From positions 10,770 through 74,769 of the IMG/VR virus record IMGVR_UViG_3300010413_000016: 64,000 bases of DNA. The stretch is one strand, 5' to 3'. Under the pieces are notes generated by a model. That model saw only the letters and a program-made list of their open reading frames with translations, was not told the origin of the DNA and made no database searches. Source of the stretch: a virus. This document shows, piece after piece, positions 20,723 through 30,444 of the stretch (the stretch's first letter is position 1; every line of letters begins with the position of its first letter). A program made the translations under genes and the position numbers.

Positions 20723-21361
20723 ATGAGCTCACCAAAAGACAAACCAAGAGGGTACTTTAAGTACCTCTTGACAATTGATTGTGAGACCACAGGTCTCAAC
20801 TTCGAGACAGACGACCCATCTGATGGACAACAGACGGTATCGTGGGGAGTAATTGTAGCTGATGCTACTACTCTTAAACCAGTCGAAGACTTATATGTTG
20901 AAATCAAATGGAACGAAGAAAGTATTCGGAAACGAGAAGAAGATCCATCGTTTGGTAAAAAAGCTGAAAAAATTCACGGACTGACACAAGATTATCTTGA
21001 ACAAAATGGTGTAACAGAAGAAGAGGCCGTCACTCAAATTGCTAACCTAATCCTAAAATATTGGGGACCAACTGTGAGCGTCAGAACGTTAGGACATAAT
21101 GTTCACACTTTCGATATGCCATTTTTGCGATCCATGTTCCGTCGAGTTGGAATTGAATTGAAATTCGGGAATCGACACTACGATACAAACAGCCTTGGGT
21201 TTATGGTTTATGAAACGTTCAATTCTGATGATCTCTTTTCAATTATTGGCTTTGACGAACGTGGACAACATAACGCACTCGAGGATGCACACATGGCTCT
21301 TAAATCTGCTCGTGTAACTCGAAAGTTGTTCAAGGGGATGTTTGAAGGAGACACTAAATGA
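20723..21361 (+). CDS. DEDDh 3'-5' exonuclease (DnaQ-like)
   Basis: IDCETTG, GHNVHTFD and HNALEDA motifs. Confidence 0.9.
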   Translation: MSSPKDKPRGYFKYLLTIDCETTGLNFETDDPSDGQQTVSWGVIVADATTLKPVEDLYVEIKWNEESIRKREEDPSFGKKAEKIHGLTQDYLEQNGVTEEEAVTQIANLILKYWGPTVSVRTLGHNVHTFDMPFLRSMFRRVGIELKFGNRHYDTNSLGFMVYETFNSDDLFSIIGFDERGQHNALEDAHMALKSARVTRKLFKGMFEGDTK

Positions 21362-21819
21362 AACCATCAGTATACTTAGCAGGTACAATAACAGGCAGTT
21401 CTTTCACTGAAGCTACAGGTTGGCGAGAAGACGTTACCCAAATCCTCGAAGCAAGTGGGATTGCATGCTTCTCTCCACTACGTACCAAGACTTACCTTCT
21501 CGAAGAAACCTGTATTGCTGACTCATATGAAGAAAAGGTGATGTCATCGCAACGTGGCATTTACGCAAGAGATTTTTATGATTGTAGATCCAAAGATGCA
21601 GTATTTGTTAATCTTCTTGGGGCAACGAAAGTTAGTATTGGTACTGTAATGGAAATTGCTTGGGCGACAGCGTATAGCAAACCTATTGTGTTAGTAATGG
21701 AAAAGGAAGGAAATCTACATGATCACGCGATGATTCGAGAAGCCTGCCCATTTATAGTACACTCTCTCGAAGAAGGCATTCACATAATGAAATCAATTTT
21801 ACTACCGTTAGGACACTGA
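21358..21819 (+). CDS. nucleoside 2-deoxyribosyltransferase-like / nucleotide N-hydrolase
   Basis: VYLAG...D...SIGTVMEI motifs. Confidence 0.8.
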   Translation: MKPSVYLAGTITGSSFTEATGWREDVTQILEASGIACFSPLRTKTYLLEETCIADSYEEKVMSSQRGIYARDFYDCRSKDAVFVNLLGATKVSIGTVMEIAWATAYSKPIVLVMEKEGNLHDHAMIREACPFIVHSLEEGIHIMKSILLPLGH

Positions 21820-21820
21820 T

Positions 21821-23209
21821 ATGGGAACACGCAAACAGGGATACAAGCGGATTCGGAGTGTAGCAGGTGATCTTTTACTATCACCATATGAAGATTATTC
21901 AAATAATAGAACTATGTTGAGATTTAAATGTCTTGGTTGTGATCAAGTATTCGAGACAACATCCTATCTATACCAAAAAAGCGAAGACGGAAAACGTTGT
22001 GTGTCGTGTAAACGAAGAAACGTGGTCACCGACAATGATACTCGGGAGGAGTTTATATCGCGATGCGAAGAGGTTCATGGAAAGTATTATAACTATTCAC
22101 AGTTGCCACATACATTCTCTAAAACCGAAAAAGTAACTATAATTTGTCCTAAACATGGCAAGTTCACTCAAACGCCAGACGTTCATCTACGCGGAAGTGG
22201 CTGCCCAAAATGTAAGGTTGAAAAGGTAACACAAGTAACGAGATCAAACAAAACAGATTTTATTTTTAAAGCAAATAAAATACATGATTTTAAGTTCAAT
22301 TATACCAATGTAACATATGTTAATGCAATAACGCCTGTAACTATAATTTGTCCTAAACATGGCAAGTTCACTCAAACGCCAGACGTTCATCTACGCGGAA
22401 GTGGCTGCCCAAAATGCTATTCAAGCTCTCAAATAAGAACTATCCAACAAACGTTAGATAATCATAATATTTTATATGTAAGCGAAAAAACTTTTGCAGG
22501 ATGTATTGGTATTGGGGGCAAACTATTGCGTTTTGACATATACATTCCCGAATTTAACACCTGTATCGAGTACGATGGACCTCACCATTATCGGCCAACA
22601 ATATATGGTGGTTATACAATTGAGCAGGCTACTAATAATTTCAAAAAACAAAAACAAAATGATACTATTAAAAATGACTTTTGTACCAATAACCACATAG
22701 ATCTTATACGCATACCATACACACAGAATCATCCTGATGCTACAGTACTTAAATATTTAAATACAAAGCAACCTGAAAGGTTTATGTATACATGGGATGA
22801 TTTATCAGTGGATGTTAAGAAGATTATTAATTACATCATGTCATTTGACTATGAAAGATTCGCGGTGTATGGTATCAAACGTGGGGGGATACCTTTTGCT
22901 ATTCCTGTATCGTATCATTTTGAAAATCAATGTGAGCTAGGAATAGTGACGTATCAAAGATACGATAATAATGATACAAAAGTATCACATGATATCAACC
23001 ACTCAACCAAAGATATACCTATTTTTGTAATTGATGATCTAATCAGTTCTGGTGAAACTATGAGTAAAGTAGTCAAGTCGCTACAACACAAATACAAAAA
23101 AGCAAAGATACATCCTATTGTAATATTCGGAGACGAGAATGAAGAAGGTATCTTTTTTATTCGAGCTCATCCAAAGCAATGGATTGTTTTTCCTTATGAA
23201 GCGGAATAG
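21821..23209 (+). CDS. fusion: zinc-ribbon repeats + PD-(D/E)XK homing-type endonuclease + C-terminal purine phosphoribosyltransferase
   Basis: CPKHGKF...GCPKC twice; LRFDIY...IEYDGxxH; then YTWDD, GIKRGG, VIDDLISSGET and WIVFPYE. Confidence 0.8.
   Translation: MGTRKQGYKRIRSVAGDLLLSPYEDYSNNRTMLRFKCLGCDQVFETTSYLYQKSEDGKRCVSCKRRNVVTDNDTREEFISRCEEVHGKYYNYSQLPHTFSKTEKVTIICPKHGKFTQTPDVHLRGSGCPKCKVEKVTQVTRSNKTDFIFKANKIHDFKFNYTNVTYVNAITPVTIICPKHGKFTQTPDVHLRGSGCPKCYSSSQIRTIQQTLDNHNILYVSEKTFAGCIGIGGKLLRFDIYIPEFNTCIEYDGPHHYRPTIYGGYTIEQATNNFKKQKQNDTIKNDFCTNNHIDLIRIPYTQNHPDATVLKYLNTKQPERFMYTWDDLSVDVKKIINYIMSFDYERFAVYGIKRGGIPFAIPVSYHFENQCELGIVTYQRYDNNDTKVSHDINHSTKDIPIFVIDDLISSGETMSKVVKSLQHKYKKAKIHPIVIFGDENEEGIFFIRAHPKQWIVFPYEAE
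22133..22416 (+). repeat. 80-bp perfect direct repeat (22133-22212 = 22337-22416)
   Basis: Identical sequence encoding the CPKHG zinc ribbon. Confidence 0.95.
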
Positions 23210-23312
23210 GATCACAATGGAACAAATTATAAGCTATAATTGTTGACTCCTATTACCCTCTTATGATATAATTATACTATGTAAAATTTAACTTTTGAAT
23301 AGGACAACCGTT

Positions 23313-23840
23313 ATGAATAAAGCTAAAACATTAACTTGGAATGATCGAATCGCGTTGATTGAACATTATAAACCTGATGACAATACTATTTGTCAAGTGT
23401 TTGGTGTAACGCCAAATGAGTTGGTTGCTGCACGCCACATGGAAGGAAACGGTACGCTTGTGCCAACGCCCAATATCGATTATGCTTCATACAAGCATCT
23501 ATTTGTAACCGCCACGTCATCCACAAAAGATGTTCCAAAAGAATCTTCTGCCACTTCAGTGAAAGTAGAACCTGGAGGCAAACCAGAAACTGCAACGAAG
23601 AAGTCAAAAACTCCTCAGAAGCGTGGAAGAAAAGGTGATAAAATCACAAAAGCGTTTGAAGCTATTCCCGAAATCCCAGTTGATGCAGAAACGTTTGCAG
23701 AGACTCATTCTGTTTCTTTAGCTGTATTGCGTCAAAGCAAACGATTTGACAAGACCAATATCAATGGTAGTGTTAAAGTTAAAAAAGACAAAGAGTCGGG
23801 CAAGTTGATGATCTGGCGCGAAGCATTGAACGAAGAATGA
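23313..23840 (+). CDS. hypothetical basic protein, possibly DNA-binding
   Basis: KRGRKG motif; TTGACT...TATAAT promoter at 23243-23272. Confidence 0.65.
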   Translation: MNKAKTLTWNDRIALIEHYKPDDNTICQVFGVTPNELVAARHMEGNGTLVPTPNIDYASYKHLFVTATSSTKDVPKESSATSVKVEPGGKPETATKKSKTPQKRGRKGDKITKAFEAIPEIPVDAETFAETHSVSLAVLRQSKRFDKTNINGSVKVKKDKESGKLMIWREALNEE

Positions 23841-23847
23841 GGTCATA

Positions 23848-24762
23848 ATGGAACGAACCGAAAAAAAATATACCTATAGCGAAATCTTTCATTCATTTCA
23901 AGGTGAAGGAACATATACTGGCCGCAACACTGCATGGATTAGATTCTTTCTGTGCAACCTCCAGTGTTCAGGATTCGGACAGAAAGATCCAACAGATCCG
24001 TCTACCTATATCTTGCCCTATAAAGATTTGGATGTTAGTAAGTACACTAATATTGAAGACCTTCCTGTCTTTGAGTATGGCTGCGATTCGAGCTATACTT
24101 GGGCCAAGAAATATAAACACCTAGCAAAAAAAGCGTCGGCGTTTGAAATATGTGATAGGATTCAGGCCGTTTTAGCCCACGAGACTAATCCGGGCGGATT
24201 ATTTTTGCATCCTATATCAAGACAGCATACTAATTTAGCATTTACTGGCGGCGAGCCGATGTTAAATCAAGAAGCGATGGAATCGATTATCATCGAATTT
24301 GCTGAACGTCACAACTCTCCTCTCTACGTCACGGTAGAAACAAATGGAACTATTGATATTGCAAATCCTGAATTGCAGACAATCATTGAAGAGTGGTATG
24401 CTGATGAAGGAGCAGAGTGGTTTTGGTCCGTAAGTCCTAAGCTATTCTCGACGAGCGGCGAACTGGCTAAAAAAGCTATTCGTCCCGAAGTCGTCAGCAT
24501 GTATGCCAATATGAGTAATCACGGACACTTGAAGTATGTTGTAAACGGAACAAATCAAAGTTGGGATGAAGTTGAACAAGCAACTGAAGCATTTCGTAAA
24601 GAAGGTGTCGGTTGGGACGTCTACATTATGCCAGTTGGAGCAACGAAAGAGCAGCAAGAAGATGAACAAATTGCTGAAATTGCAATGGAAGCTATGAAAC
24701 GTGGATATCATGTATCTGGACGATTGCATTGCTACATTTTCGGAAATAAAATCGGCACGTAA
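23848..24762 (+). CDS. queE: 7-carboxy-7-deazaguanine synthase (radical SAM)
   Basis: SEIFHSFQGEG, CNLQC...CDS, FTGGEP, ETNG and SVSPK motifs. Confidence 0.9.
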   Translation: MERTEKKYTYSEIFHSFQGEGTYTGRNTAWIRFFLCNLQCSGFGQKDPTDPSTYILPYKDLDVSKYTNIEDLPVFEYGCDSSYTWAKKYKHLAKKASAFEICDRIQAVLAHETNPGGLFLHPISRQHTNLAFTGGEPMLNQEAMESIIIEFAERHNSPLYVTVETNGTIDIANPELQTIIEEWYADEGAEWFWSVSPKLFSTSGELAKKAIRPEVVSMYANMSNHGHLKYVVNGTNQSWDEVEQATEAFRKEGVGWDVYIMPVGATKEQQEDEQIAEIAMEAMKRGYHVSGRLHCYIFGNKIGT

Positions 24763-24768
24763 TTTGTC

Positions 24769-24797
24769 TTGACATACTACCCTTAATCCAATACAAT
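24769..24797 (+). promoter_or_regulatory. sigma70 promoter of the channel operon
   Basis: TTGACA-17-TACAAT. Confidence 0.75.
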
Positions 24798-24832
24798 ACC
24801 CTCTCTGGAAAAAATCCTTTGAGGGTATTTTT

Positions 24833-25846
24833 ATGTTACGTAAAATTATTACTGTACTGTTGTTTGTAGTTGCAACAAACGTTTTTGCATCGCCGTTGTA
24901 TACTATCGGTGTCAAAGAAGCTAAACCCTTTTCATATAAAGAGAATGGCCAATGGAAAGGAATCAGCATTAATTTGATCAGACTGCTATCCGAGGACATG
25001 GGCTTCAGATATAAATTCGTGGAAGACAAAACAGTCGATCAGTTAATTGGTGATACGGAAAACCATGCAACTGACTTTTCTATAGCTGCGGTATCGACGA
25101 CAGCTGCCCGCGAAAAGGTTGTTGATTTTTCGCATCCTTATTTCTCCACATCAATGGGAATTCTGTCTTATGGGAAACCACCTTGGTATGAAACTGTCTG
25201 GTGGATCGCAAAACGGCTACTAATAACGTTGGTGATCTTTATCGTCGGACTGTACATTGTTGGAGCCTTGGCTGACAAAATTGATGGCGATGAGAATATA
25301 CGCAATCCGCACGAAGGTGCTTGGTGGGCATTGGTAACCTTTACTACGACAGGTTATGGTGACTACGTTCCAAAGACGGGCAAAGGAAAAATATTCGCAT
25401 CTATTTGGATGGTCGCTAGTCTGATATTGTTGTCAACATTTACAGGTTATTTGGCGTCAGCGATGACGATTAAACAAATGTCCACAGCGCCTATCACTCT
25501 TGGTAACCTTTATTCGTCTTCCGTTGTTACGGTTAAAGGTACCACTAGTCAACGATTGTTAGATAATCTTGGTATTAAGTATCATTCTGTGCAAACAGCA
25601 GATGAAGCTGTCGATTTGGTAATGAAACGACGGGTGAGAGCGTTTGCATATGATAGTGCGTTGCTCCAATATTATGCGAACACCAACGGTAATTTGTCGA
25701 TGGTAACCGTTGATGCGAATAATGAAAATTATGCTATCGTTTTTCCTCAAGGGTCACAGTTGACAGAACAGTTTAATGTCGGTATACTTAGGGTCATGAC
25801 GTCACCGAAGTGGAAAGATGTACGTCACGAATATTTTGTTCAATAA
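24833..25846 (+). CDS. GluR0-like ligand-gated potassium channel
   Basis: Signal peptide, SBP_bac_3 S1 (REKVVDFSHPYF), TM, pore helix with TTTGYGD filter, TM, S2 lobe. Confidence 0.9.
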   Translation: MLRKIITVLLFVVATNVFASPLYTIGVKEAKPFSYKENGQWKGISINLIRLLSEDMGFRYKFVEDKTVDQLIGDTENHATDFSIAAVSTTAAREKVVDFSHPYFSTSMGILSYGKPPWYETVWWIAKRLLITLVIFIVGLYIVGALADKIDGDENIRNPHEGAWWALVTFTTTGYGDYVPKTGKGKIFASIWMVASLILLSTFTGYLASAMTIKQMSTAPITLGNLYSSSVVTVKGTTSQRLLDNLGIKYHSVQTADEAVDLVMKRRVRAFAYDSALLQYYANTNGNLSMVTVDANNENYAIVFPQGSQLTEQFNVGILRVMTSPKWKDVRHEYFVQ

Positions 25847-25865
25847 CCAAACAAGGAGATGACAA

Positions 25866-27551
25866 GTGTCATTTAAATCAAGTATTAAGAAAATCGCCTT
25901 ATTGGCCACTATCGTTGCAATCGCAGCACCCATGGCATATGCGCCTGTTGCAGATGCAAAGAGTTTTGGTGGAGGCCGTAGCTTTTCTTCTTCCTCGTTC
26001 AGCCGTAGCTCTTCCTATTCATCTCGATCGAGTGGAAGCTTCTGGGGGAGCAGCAAGAAGTCTTCGTCCTACTCGTCTGCAAAAACGTATACTTCCAGCA
26101 AGCCGGTCCAGAAGAAATCTACTTCCGTTAAGCCAGTTTCATCTGCCAAGAGTTCGAAGTTTGGAGCGTCCAAACCGAAGTCCTTCCAACACGTTGGAAC
26201 GGGCTACCAAACTGCGTCAGCGAAGTACTCTCTGAAAGCTCAACGAGCTAAGTTCAAGAAGCCAGCGTACACTTCAACTGCGGGGTCGAAAGTTAATCGT
26301 AGCTTTGCCTACAAGAAGACTTACAGCTCCAATCCTGTTTACGCATCGGCGAGACACAGCAACCGTAGTACCTATTTCGATCGCCGTCATCGTTACTACA
26401 GCAGCTATCATGTGCCGACCTACGTATACAATGTGTCGCCGTCCTATGGTTTGTGGGATACTATCTTCCTGTACAGCATGTTAAATAATATGTCGAACGC
26501 ATCAACTTTTGCATATAACCATCAGCATGATGCAGACTATATGGCATGGAGACGTGAAGCTGAGCGTCAAGCTCAAACCAACGCCGACCTTCGAGCTGAA
26601 CTTGCCTCTTTGGATTCGAAGATATCCAAGATGAGTGGACCTGTAAATCCTAACTACCTGCCTAAAGGTGTTGATGCTGACATCGCTCTGTCTCAGGAAG
26701 CTCTCGCTTCCCAGAAGCCCACTTTGCGAGTGTGTGTTGGAAGTAAATCTGGAGCATACTACCGCGTCACAAGTCTGCTTCAACAAGGCCAAAATTCAGT
26801 GAACGTTGATATTATCACCACTGAAGGTTCACTGGATACGATTGATGCTATTGCCGACGGCAAGTGCGATGGTGGATTTGTTCAAAGCAACAGTTACTGG
26901 AACTACGTTGAGACTAAGCAGAGTGCCAACCTTCCATTCACACGTATGTTCTCACCCTTCAAAGAGACTGTACACCTCGTATGCAATGCTCGAAGTGGCA
27001 TCAAAAATGTAGATGATCTGGACTCCGATAACCATGTGTACTTCCCACAGAAATCTGGAGCCGCATCAACCTGGGCAGATTTCGTTGCTGATGATAGTGA
27101 CTACCGTGATGTGCAAACTTCTCTGACCAATCCTGCTCTTAAGGTTGGATCTACCGAAGAAGCATTCCTAAAGGCTGGTCAGGATAAGAATGGTTGTGCA
27201 ATGTATGTTGTAGCTGCAGGAGCAACTTCTATCATGCGTAATACTGACAACGGTGCCAAAGCTAGCAATCTTGTGTTGGTTAATGTGAAGGAAGATGGTG
27301 TCACTGACACGACTGATCCGTCTGGTGCCCATGTGTATTCAACTACGGAACTGAACAAGAAAACGTATCCTAACCTTCTTCGCAAAGCTGGTTGGTTCGG
27401 TCTGTTCTCTGGTAATGTCAACACTCTGAAAGTCAACGCTGATTTTATTATCAGCGATGCTTGGAAGGACAAGAACAAAGATGCATATCCTGAAATGGCA
27501 AATGTGTTTGTAGGAATGACTCCTACCATTCACAAGACTGTTCACCAGTAA
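25866..27551 (+). CDS. exported protein: S/K-rich low-complexity N-terminus + TAXI-like solute-binding domain
   Basis: Signal peptide; FGGGRSFSSSS tract; GSKSGAYY, TEGSLD, CDGGFVQS and ETVHLV resemble a TAXI SBP. Confidence 0.65.
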   Translation: MSFKSSIKKIALLATIVAIAAPMAYAPVADAKSFGGGRSFSSSSFSRSSSYSSRSSGSFWGSSKKSSSYSSAKTYTSSKPVQKKSTSVKPVSSAKSSKFGASKPKSFQHVGTGYQTASAKYSLKAQRAKFKKPAYTSTAGSKVNRSFAYKKTYSSNPVYASARHSNRSTYFDRRHRYYSSYHVPTYVYNVSPSYGLWDTIFLYSMLNNMSNASTFAYNHQHDADYMAWRREAERQAQTNADLRAELASLDSKISKMSGPVNPNYLPKGVDADIALSQEALASQKPTLRVCVGSKSGAYYRVTSLLQQGQNSVNVDIITTEGSLDTIDAIADGKCDGGFVQSNSYWNYVETKQSANLPFTRMFSPFKETVHLVCNARSGIKNVDDLDSDNHVYFPQKSGAASTWADFVADDSDYRDVQTSLTNPALKVGSTEEAFLKAGQDKNGCAMYVVAAGATSIMRNTDNGAKASNLVLVNVKEDGVTDTTDPSGAHVYSTTELNKKTYPNLLRKAGWFGLFSGNVNTLKVNADFIISDAWKDKNKDAYPEMANVFVGMTPTIHKTVHQ

Positions 27552-27565
27552 GAGAGGCCAGTCCA

Positions 27566-28231
27566 ATGTGGAATTACATCAAACGTAAAATTGGACTGGG
27601 TGGTGCGGACAAGGATGTCCCAGCCTCCGAACAGTTCTATTCGCCTCTACGAATCGCTCTGCATAGTACAATCGGACTGGATACTGTCGATTGGATCGTT
27701 GTACAGCAGGATCTGAGCCCCAATTTCAGCGTTCCTGTCGGAAAGATGGAAGTTCTTGCAATTGGACAAACGGAACAAGGCATATACCGTTTCTACTTGC
27801 AAGATGAAAAAAGTACCGAATTCGTATTGCAAGTGTTGTGCGATAAAGATCATCGAACTGGCGATGAGAAAGTGAGCGAAATTATGTTGTTCAAGCAGGT
27901 TTCATCTCACTATCCATCTTCGGATGAAGCATGGTCAGAGTACATCAAAGACTTCGGTCTTAAGACATTCATTCTTGATGACATCACTTATGACCGAGTA
28001 TGGGGTGATGAAATGTCCGAAGTTGCTGAACCGATTAAATTTGATGAGCATATCATTGCTCCTCAAGAAGAGTACGATTATGAAGATAGTTACATGTTGT
28101 ATGTCAGAGAGATCGGTGGACAGGACATCTCGGAATTCGCTCTCATCGGAATCGAAGAAAGCAGTGACTCAGCAGAAGTGGTAACACACATTGGGCTGAC
28201 CGTTTATCCTTCAAACGTGACAGTTCAGTAG
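27566..28231 (+). CDS. DUF2491 (YjfK-like) protein
   Basis: AIG...YRFYL, YDRVW and MLYVREI motifs; adjacent to the PspA gene. Confidence 0.65.
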   Translation: MWNYIKRKIGLGGADKDVPASEQFYSPLRIALHSTIGLDTVDWIVVQQDLSPNFSVPVGKMEVLAIGQTEQGIYRFYLQDEKSTEFVLQVLCDKDHRTGDEKVSEIMLFKQVSSHYPSSDEAWSEYIKDFGLKTFILDDITYDRVWGDEMSEVAEPIKFDEHIIAPQEEYDYEDSYMLYVREIGGQDISEFALIGIEESSDSAEVVTHIGLTVYPSNVTVQ

Positions 28232-28283
28232 CCCCAAACAACTTTTTAATGTATAGTGTTATTTTCAACTTAGGAGATTAAAC

Positions 28284-29039
28284 ATGATTGGTCGTTTCTT
28301 TAAGCACTACGGCAAACAAAAAATCACTGATGGTATTAACGCGCTGAATGACGCCATCGTTTCTTTTGACCCTGTTGGTGCATCCGAGGCAGCCATTGCC
28401 GAAATGGAAGAGAACTTCGACAGTATCAACCGCGAATACTCGAAAGCGAAACAGGACTGGGCACGCGAACAGAAAGAGGCTGACGAAATCGTTGCTCTGT
28501 ACGACAAGCGCCTGGCCGCTGCTGAACACATCCAGAACCAACTCGCTACCGATCCTGACAATGGCCAGCTATCTGATGCCCTCGATCAGTTGGTATCGGC
28601 ACTGGAAGGAATGCAGGATGATGTCGAGCGCGAGAAAGAAGAAGCAGCTGATGCGAAGGAAGTGATGACGGAACTCGAAGCTACTGTCAAGATGTATGCT
28701 GACAAGCTCAAGACTGCACGCACAGACATGAAGAAGGCTGCAAACGCAATGGAAAAAGCCAAGCGTCAGGAAGAGCGTGCCAATGCTCAAGCTGATCGTG
28801 CTGCTCAACTTGCGGGGATTAAATCTCAAGCGTCTGGAATCAGTTCTGCCCTTGAGAGCATGAATCGCCAAGCTACCGAGGCTCAGGCACGTGCTGATGC
28901 TGCTAAGCGGAAAGCTGAACTTCTCGGTCCTTCCACAGTCGACGACAACGACGCAGTGGCAGCCGCAATGGCTGCTGTATCTGGAACCGCCGGCCCAGCC
29001 GCTTCTGTAACAGATCGTCTGGCGGCCCTTAAGAAATAA
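28284..29039 (+). CDS. PspA/IM30 (YjfJ-like) coiled-coil protein
   Basis: DP motif near the N-terminus, long A/E/K coiled coil, DRLAALKK C-terminus. Confidence 0.8.
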   Translation: MIGRFFKHYGKQKITDGINALNDAIVSFDPVGASEAAIAEMEENFDSINREYSKAKQDWAREQKEADEIVALYDKRLAAAEHIQNQLATDPDNGQLSDALDQLVSALEGMQDDVEREKEEAADAKEVMTELEATVKMYADKLKTARTDMKKAANAMEKAKRQEERANAQADRAAQLAGIKSQASGISSALESMNRQATEAQARADAAKRKAELLGPSTVDDNDAVAAAMAAVSGTAGPAASVTDRLAALKK

Positions 29040-29061
29040 GGATCCGTCGCTTCGTCTAAAA

Positions 29062-29086
29062 GGGACCTAATCTAGGTCCCTTTTTT
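29062..29086 (+). terminator. intrinsic terminator
   Basis: GGGACCTA/TAGGTCCC stem followed by T6. Confidence 0.85.
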
Positions 29087-29151
29087 ATTATATTTTTGTT
29101 GTGCCGTTGCACACTTTTTGATATAATAAGTAGAACTAGAGGAAGTAAGTT

Positions 29152-29583
29152 ATGACAACCAAAAAAATATACAGAGCTGGAACAATTCCTTACATTATCA
29201 ATCCTGAAACATCTCAGATTGAGATGCTGTTTATGTATCCCAGCGATCCAAAATATGGAGGACCGTATTATCAATGCTGCAAAGGTCGAGTCGAAGAAGG
29301 TGAAACGAATCTTGAGGCCGCTCTCAGAGAAGCAACTGAAGAACTAGGACTGTTTACTGGGAACATTGATGGCGATCCACACAATCTTGGAAATTTTCTC
29401 GGACGTACAATGATGTACGTTGTTAAAGTCGAAGACAAGGATATGTTTGGCGATCCACATTTCGAAACGAGAGATACTAAGTGGATGACGCCAGAAGAAT
29501 TCGAAGAAACTGGACGAAGTCTTCACAAGCCAATAGTGAAAGCAGCAGTTCGCTATATAAAAGAAAAAGAAAACATAAAATAA
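29152..29583 (+). CDS. Nudix hydrolase
   Basis: Nudix box KGRVEEGETNLEAALREATEELG. Confidence 0.9.
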   Translation: MTTKKIYRAGTIPYIINPETSQIEMLFMYPSDPKYGGPYYQCCKGRVEEGETNLEAALREATEELGLFTGNIDGDPHNLGNFLGRTMMYVVKVEDKDMFGDPHFETRDTKWMTPEEFEETGRSLHKPIVKAAVRYIKEKENIK

Positions 29584-29602
29584 TTAACATAGAGGTCAAA
29601 GA

Positions 29603-30220
29603 ATGAGTTGGGAAATTAGCAAAGAGTTTGGATTCGACTATGGTCACCGTGTATGGTCACAAAAGTTGAACAAAGAATATAGCATCGATGATGAAACGGT
29701 GTGCAGACACATTCATGGTCACCGAGGACAAGTACACATTCACTTATCTGCAGAGTGTTTGACAAACGGAATGTGTACTGATTTCAAACATCTCAACTGG
29801 GCAAAAAAGTTTCTAGATGATTACATTGATCATAAGTTTATCCTCGATACTAATGATCCATGGTTTATCAACATTATCAACGCAACCCCTGTTTTTGAAG
29901 ATGGTAAGTTTGTACGAGTAAAAACTACGTATCCATTGAACACTTCCGAAATCAATGAGCTTAACGTTAAAGAGGTGTTCGTACCAGGAACTGAACATTT
30001 TGCGGGATATATTCTGGAGGTTGATCACCTACAAGGACCAGAAAAAGAGTTTTTTGAAGGATTCTTCTTGGTTAAATTCTTACCAACGTCTGAAAATCTG
30101 TCTCAGTGGCTGTTTGAATGCGTAGATGCAAAAATGTCACTGATTGATGTCACAACTTCCAAGATTGAGTGGTGGGAAACACCAAAAAGTTGCTCTGTTT
30201 TCACTCGACCTGATAAATAA
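29603..30220 (+). CDS. queD: 6-carboxy-5,6,7,8-tetrahydropterin synthase
   Basis: FDYGHRV, CRHIHGH, DFK...DHKF, PTSENL and WETPKS motifs. Confidence 0.9.
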   Translation: MSWEISKEFGFDYGHRVWSQKLNKEYSIDDETVCRHIHGHRGQVHIHLSAECLTNGMCTDFKHLNWAKKFLDDYIDHKFILDTNDPWFINIINATPVFEDGKFVRVKTTYPLNTSEINELNVKEVFVPGTEHFAGYILEVDHLQGPEKEFFEGFFLVKFLPTSENLSQWLFECVDAKMSLIDVTTSKIEWWETPKSCSVFTRPDK

Positions 30221-30249
30221 GTGTATAAACACCAATTTAGGGGTCAAAG

Positions 30250-30444
30250 ATGTTGTTATCGCAGCTATTTGAAGCGGTTATGAGTAAAAAGAAGAAAAAG
30301 AAGCAGGACGAACTGCCACAAGTACGCAACTTCGTTGCAAAAAACGCACAACGAGCTGGCGCTGGAGCACATGCTGACAAGAAAGGAAAGCATGCAAATC
30401 GCCAACGTCAAAAGAAACAGTGGAAGAAGGAGGAAGGATTGTGA
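30250..30444 (+). CDS. small basic late protein, candidate internal head protein
   Basis: ATAAATA at 30213; MLLSQLFE N-terminus; RNFVAK...GAGAH motif. Confidence 0.6.
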   Translation: MLLSQLFEAVMSKKKKKKQDELPQVRNFVAKNAQRAGAGAHADKKGKHANRQRQKKQWKKEEGL

